Source of the DNA: an uncultured Actinomycetes bacterium
GTDB lineage: Bacteria; Actinomycetota; Thermoleophilia; Gaiellales; Gaiellaceae
Assembly: GCA_963705945.1 (NCBI GenBank)
Contig: CAVPLG010000002.1
Coordinates: forward strand, 5,179-69,178
DNA: 64,000 bases
Direction of reading: 5' to 3'
This document shows, piece by piece, positions 61,591 to 64,000 of the stretch. Made by a program: the position numbers and the translations under genes. Numbering within the stretch: the stretch's first letter is position 1; every line of letters starts with the position of its first letter. The notes under the pieces were generated by a model. It was not told the DNA's origin. It ran no database searches and saw nothing but the letters and a program-made list of their open reading frames with translations.

Positions 61591-62414
61591 TTGCCGCGAA
61601 CGCCGATCGTGTTCCGCAGCACGCCGATCCCCTCGATCTCCAGCTCGACGACGTCGCCGGGTCGGAGCCAACGTCCATGGCCGGCCTCGAGGATGCAGCC
61701 GGACCCGACCGTGCCCGAGCCCAGCACGTCACCCGGCAGCAGCCGCGTGTTCTTCGCCGCCTGAGCGACGATCGCCGCCCAGGAGTGGTGCATGTCGCGC
61801 GCGTTCCCCCGCGAGCACTCGTCGCCGTTCACCCGCGCCACCATCTCCGCGCTGGTGCCGTCGAGCTCGTCCGTGGTGACGAGGACCGGCCCGAGGCTTG
61901 TCGCGAAGTCTTTCGCCTTCGCCGGTCCGAGCCCGACGGCCATCTCGGCGCGCTGCAGATCCCGCGCCGACCAGTCGTTCATGATCGTGAACCCGGCAAT
62001 GCGCCCCTCGTCGCCGATCACGGCGGCGAGCTCGAGCTCGTAGTCGAGCTCCTCGGAGCCCTCGGGATACGGGATCTCCGCCTCCGGGCCAAAGATCGCG
62101 GACGGATTGGAGAAGTAGAAGACGGGGATCTCGTACCACTCGGGAGGAGGCGGGCCCGCGCCCCGCAGATCGCGTGCTCGCTGGACATGCTGCTCGAAGG
62201 CATAGAAGTCGCGGATCGATGGCGGTCGCTGCACGGGTGAGAGCAGGCGGACGTCCTCGAGGCGGTACTCCGCGTGCTCTCGCGCCGTCCCTCCGCCCGT
62301 GAAGAACGCCTGCAGCGTCTGCGCGGCGAGCTGAATCACGCGGTCGCCCTCGATGCGGCCCGGCCACCCGCGCGGCAGGTCCCGGTCCTTCGGGCTGAAC
62401 ATGCAGAGCTTCAC
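61587..62414 (-). CDS. fumarylacetoacetate hydrolase (FAH) family protein
   Basis: Intact 275 aa: YELELAAVIG..NDWSARDLQ..GPAKAKDFATSLGP..LLPGDVLGSGT. Confidence 0.85.
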   Translation of the reverse strand: MKLCMFSPKDRDLPRGWPGRIEGDRVIQLAAQTLQAFFTGGGTAREHAEYRLEDVRLLSPVQRPPSIRDFYAFEQHVQRARDLRGAGPPPPEWYEIPVFYFSNPSAIFGPEAEIPYPEGSEELDYELELAAVIGDEGRIAGFTIMNDWSARDLQRAEMAVGLGPAKAKDFATSLGPVLVTTDELDGTSAEMVARVNGDECSRGNARDMHHSWAAIVAQAAKNTRLLPGDVLGSGTVGSGCILEAGHGRWLRPGDVVELEIEGIGVLRNTIGVRGK

Positions 62415-62427
62415 GGTCGAACCCTAT

Positions 62428-62459
62428 GTCGCTGGTTAAGGGGGTCGCTGGTTGAGGGG
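62428..62459. repeat. tandem 16-bp direct repeat in the CDF-FAH spacer
   Basis: GTCGCTGGTTAAGGGG / GTCGCTGGTTGAGGGG (15/16 identical), followed by TCG. It lies 14-45 nt upstream of the FAH GTG (62414) on the other strand. Confidence 0.6.
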
Positions 62460-62467
62460 TCGTGCGC

Positions 62468-63829
62468 TCAGGGCTCCGTGTGCACGTGGACGTCGGCGAT
62501 GTCCGGTCGTTCGCGACGGATGCGCTCCTCGACCGCGCTTGCCGTGCGATGGGCATCGGCCAGCTCGGTGCCCGGGTCGAGCCCCAACGTGAGGAAGACG
62601 AGCAAGCCGTCCTCAGTGCCGAGCACCCGAAGAGCGCGCGGCGATGTGCCGGTCTCCTCGCGGACGATGCGCAACACCGATTCCGCGTCCTGCTCGACCT
62701 CCCCGGCGCCCGGGCGCCAGCCGTCCGCCACTTCGGCGAGTGGTTCGAGATGCGTCTGCACGGCCGCGGCTTCCGGTACGGAGTCGAGAATCGAGCGCTC
62801 CACCTGCTCGGCGACCGCATGCGCGTTGTCGAGGCTGAGCGTGCCGGGAAGCTTGAGGTGGAGGGAGATCTCCGTCCGGCCGTCGACCGTCAGCACGTTG
62901 ACGTTGTGCACCTCGCGCACGTTCGGCACGTGAAGCGCCGCGTCCTGGGCCCGCTCGCGGATCTCAGCATCCTCTGCGGCCTGCGGCTCGACGTGGACGA
63001 CGACATCGGACTCGGGGAGCGCGCGGCGCACGGCTTCCTCGACGTCGTTTGCCGCTGCATGACCTTGCGCGACGGCCGCGCCGGGCGCGACCCCGATCAC
63101 GACGTCGACAAAGTGCCGCCCTGCCGCCTGCCGCAGTCGCAGCCGGCGCAGGGAGACACCGGGTACCTGCTCGCGGATCGCCTGGCGCGCGGCCGCGGTC
63201 GCGTCGGCAGGCGCGCGGTCCATGAGCACGTCGACGTTCCGCCGGATCAGCCTGATCGCCGCGGTGACGACGAGGACGGCAACGAAGAGCGCCGCCACCG
63301 AGTCGCCCTGCGGCCAGCCGAGGGCAGCAGCAGTGAGCCCTGCGAGGACGGCAACCGTGCCCATCAGATCGCTTCCGAAGTGCAGCGCGTTCGAGAGCAG
63401 CGCGGCGCTCGAATAGCGCCGCGCCGCGCGCAGCGAGACGGCCGTCCGCGAGATGTCGATGACGATCACCGCCACGACAACCACGAACGCCCACCACGTA
63501 GCGTCGACCTCCGTCTCGATCACACCCGTCAAGCGGAGGACCGCGAACACGGCCACGCCGATCGAGACGAGGACGAGCGCGGCCGCCTCGGCGAGCGCCG
63601 CCAGGTGCTCGGCCTTCCCGTGGCCGTACGGGTGACCGCGGTCTGCGGGTCGCGTCGCGACGCCGACCGCGAAGAAGGTCAGCAGCGCGGCGATCAGGTC
63701 CGTGCCGGAGTGGACCGCTTCGGAGATCAGGCCGAGGCTGCCGCTGGCGAGACCCGTCGTCAGCTTGAGCGCGATCAGCGCGCAGGCGGCGCCGACCGAG
63801 ACGAGCGCTGTCCGCCGCTGCGGCGTCAC
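62468..63829 (-). CDS. cation diffusion facilitator (CDF) transporter with three tandem C-terminal cytoplasmic domains
   Basis: Intact 453 aa. TM core with LISEAVHSGTDLIA and ALHFGSDLM metal-site motifs. Then three ZT_dimer-like repeats, each ending V-x-V/T-H-x-EP: ..SDVVVHVEP, ..AAVQTHLEP, ..ADVHVHTEP. Confidence 0.85.
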   Translation of the reverse strand: MTPQRRTALVSVGAACALIALKLTTGLASGSLGLISEAVHSGTDLIAALLTFFAVGVATRPADRGHPYGHGKAEHLAALAEAAALVLVSIGVAVFAVLRLTGVIETEVDATWWAFVVVVAVIVIDISRTAVSLRAARRYSSAALLSNALHFGSDLMGTVAVLAGLTAAALGWPQGDSVAALFVAVLVVTAAIRLIRRNVDVLMDRAPADATAAARQAIREQVPGVSLRRLRLRQAAGRHFVDVVIGVAPGAAVAQGHAAANDVEEAVRRALPESDVVVHVEPQAAEDAEIRERAQDAALHVPNVREVHNVNVLTVDGRTEISLHLKLPGTLSLDNAHAVAEQVERSILDSVPEAAAVQTHLEPLAEVADGWRPGAGEVEQDAESVLRIVREETGTSPRALRVLGTEDGLLVFLTLGLDPGTELADAHRTASAVEERIRRERPDIADVHVHTEP

Positions 63830-64000
63830 GGCGGAAGGCTAGATGGCTATGACGATGTCCACGGCCTCTTTGCAGATTTCAGCGCTAGCAGACTCACCGG
63901 CGATAGGGTTCGGCAACCGTGGGCCGCCGCGTGCGGGATCGAGTCGATGAGCTCGGGCGAGGTCGTGAGGCATCCGCGCGCCGGGCGTGGCTCGAGTCGT

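Noticed and set aside
63830-64000. Partial ORF at the right edge (plus-strand GTG 63920 VGRRVRDRVDELG.., or a minus-strand C-terminus ..SPELIDSIPHAAAHG..)
   Set aside because: Too short. Both strands give plausible codon bias over only about 25 codons and there is no recognisable motif. Strand and identity cannot be supported.

Overview
A 64-kb, roughly 70% GC chromosomal segment with an Actinomycetota-like gene repertoire: VKOR-DsbA pair, PdtaS/PdtaR-like ANTAR system, rplM-rpsI-glmM-glmS block, monoderm-type Tad locus. My guess is a deep-branching Thermoleophilia/Rubrobacteria-like lineage; this cannot be confirmed without a search. About 75 protein genes can be supported. Most are housekeeping: glnA 3' end, guaA/guaB, pyrE/pyrF, rph, rdgB, murI, hup, glmS/glmM, rplM/rpsI. 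There are three notable accessory blocks. (1) 6.6-17.4 kb is a long, translationally coupled sugar-utilisation operon: binding protein, two permeases, GH4, BadF-type kinase, MsiK-like ATPase, ROK regulator and a secreted GH9, with a divergent SIS-domain gene. (2) 25.1-35.1 kb is a Tad/Flp-type pilus island. It has a duplicated TadE-TadG module, an apparent VWA-TadB fusion, no recognisable flp pilin or prepilin peptidase, and a divergent M15-type peptidase plus DUF192 pair. (3) 54.5-63.8 kb holds two tightly coupled operons of mixed function and a CDF transporter with three tandem cytoplasmic domains. A ydaO-type cyclic-di-AMP riboswitch candidate precedes an M23 peptidase. I saw no rRNA, tRNA, CRISPR array, transposase or integrase. 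Major caveat: many genes, including essential ones (rpsI, glmS, glmM, guaA, pyrF, murI), are split across reading frames roughly every 300-500 nt. These breaks occur in discrete patches, while other patches are perfectly intact, which looks like indel error in the assembly rather than biology. Gene spans below are therefore homology-guided joins of ORF-track fragments. Ends not taken directly from the ORF track are approximate (a few nt up to about 50 nt).
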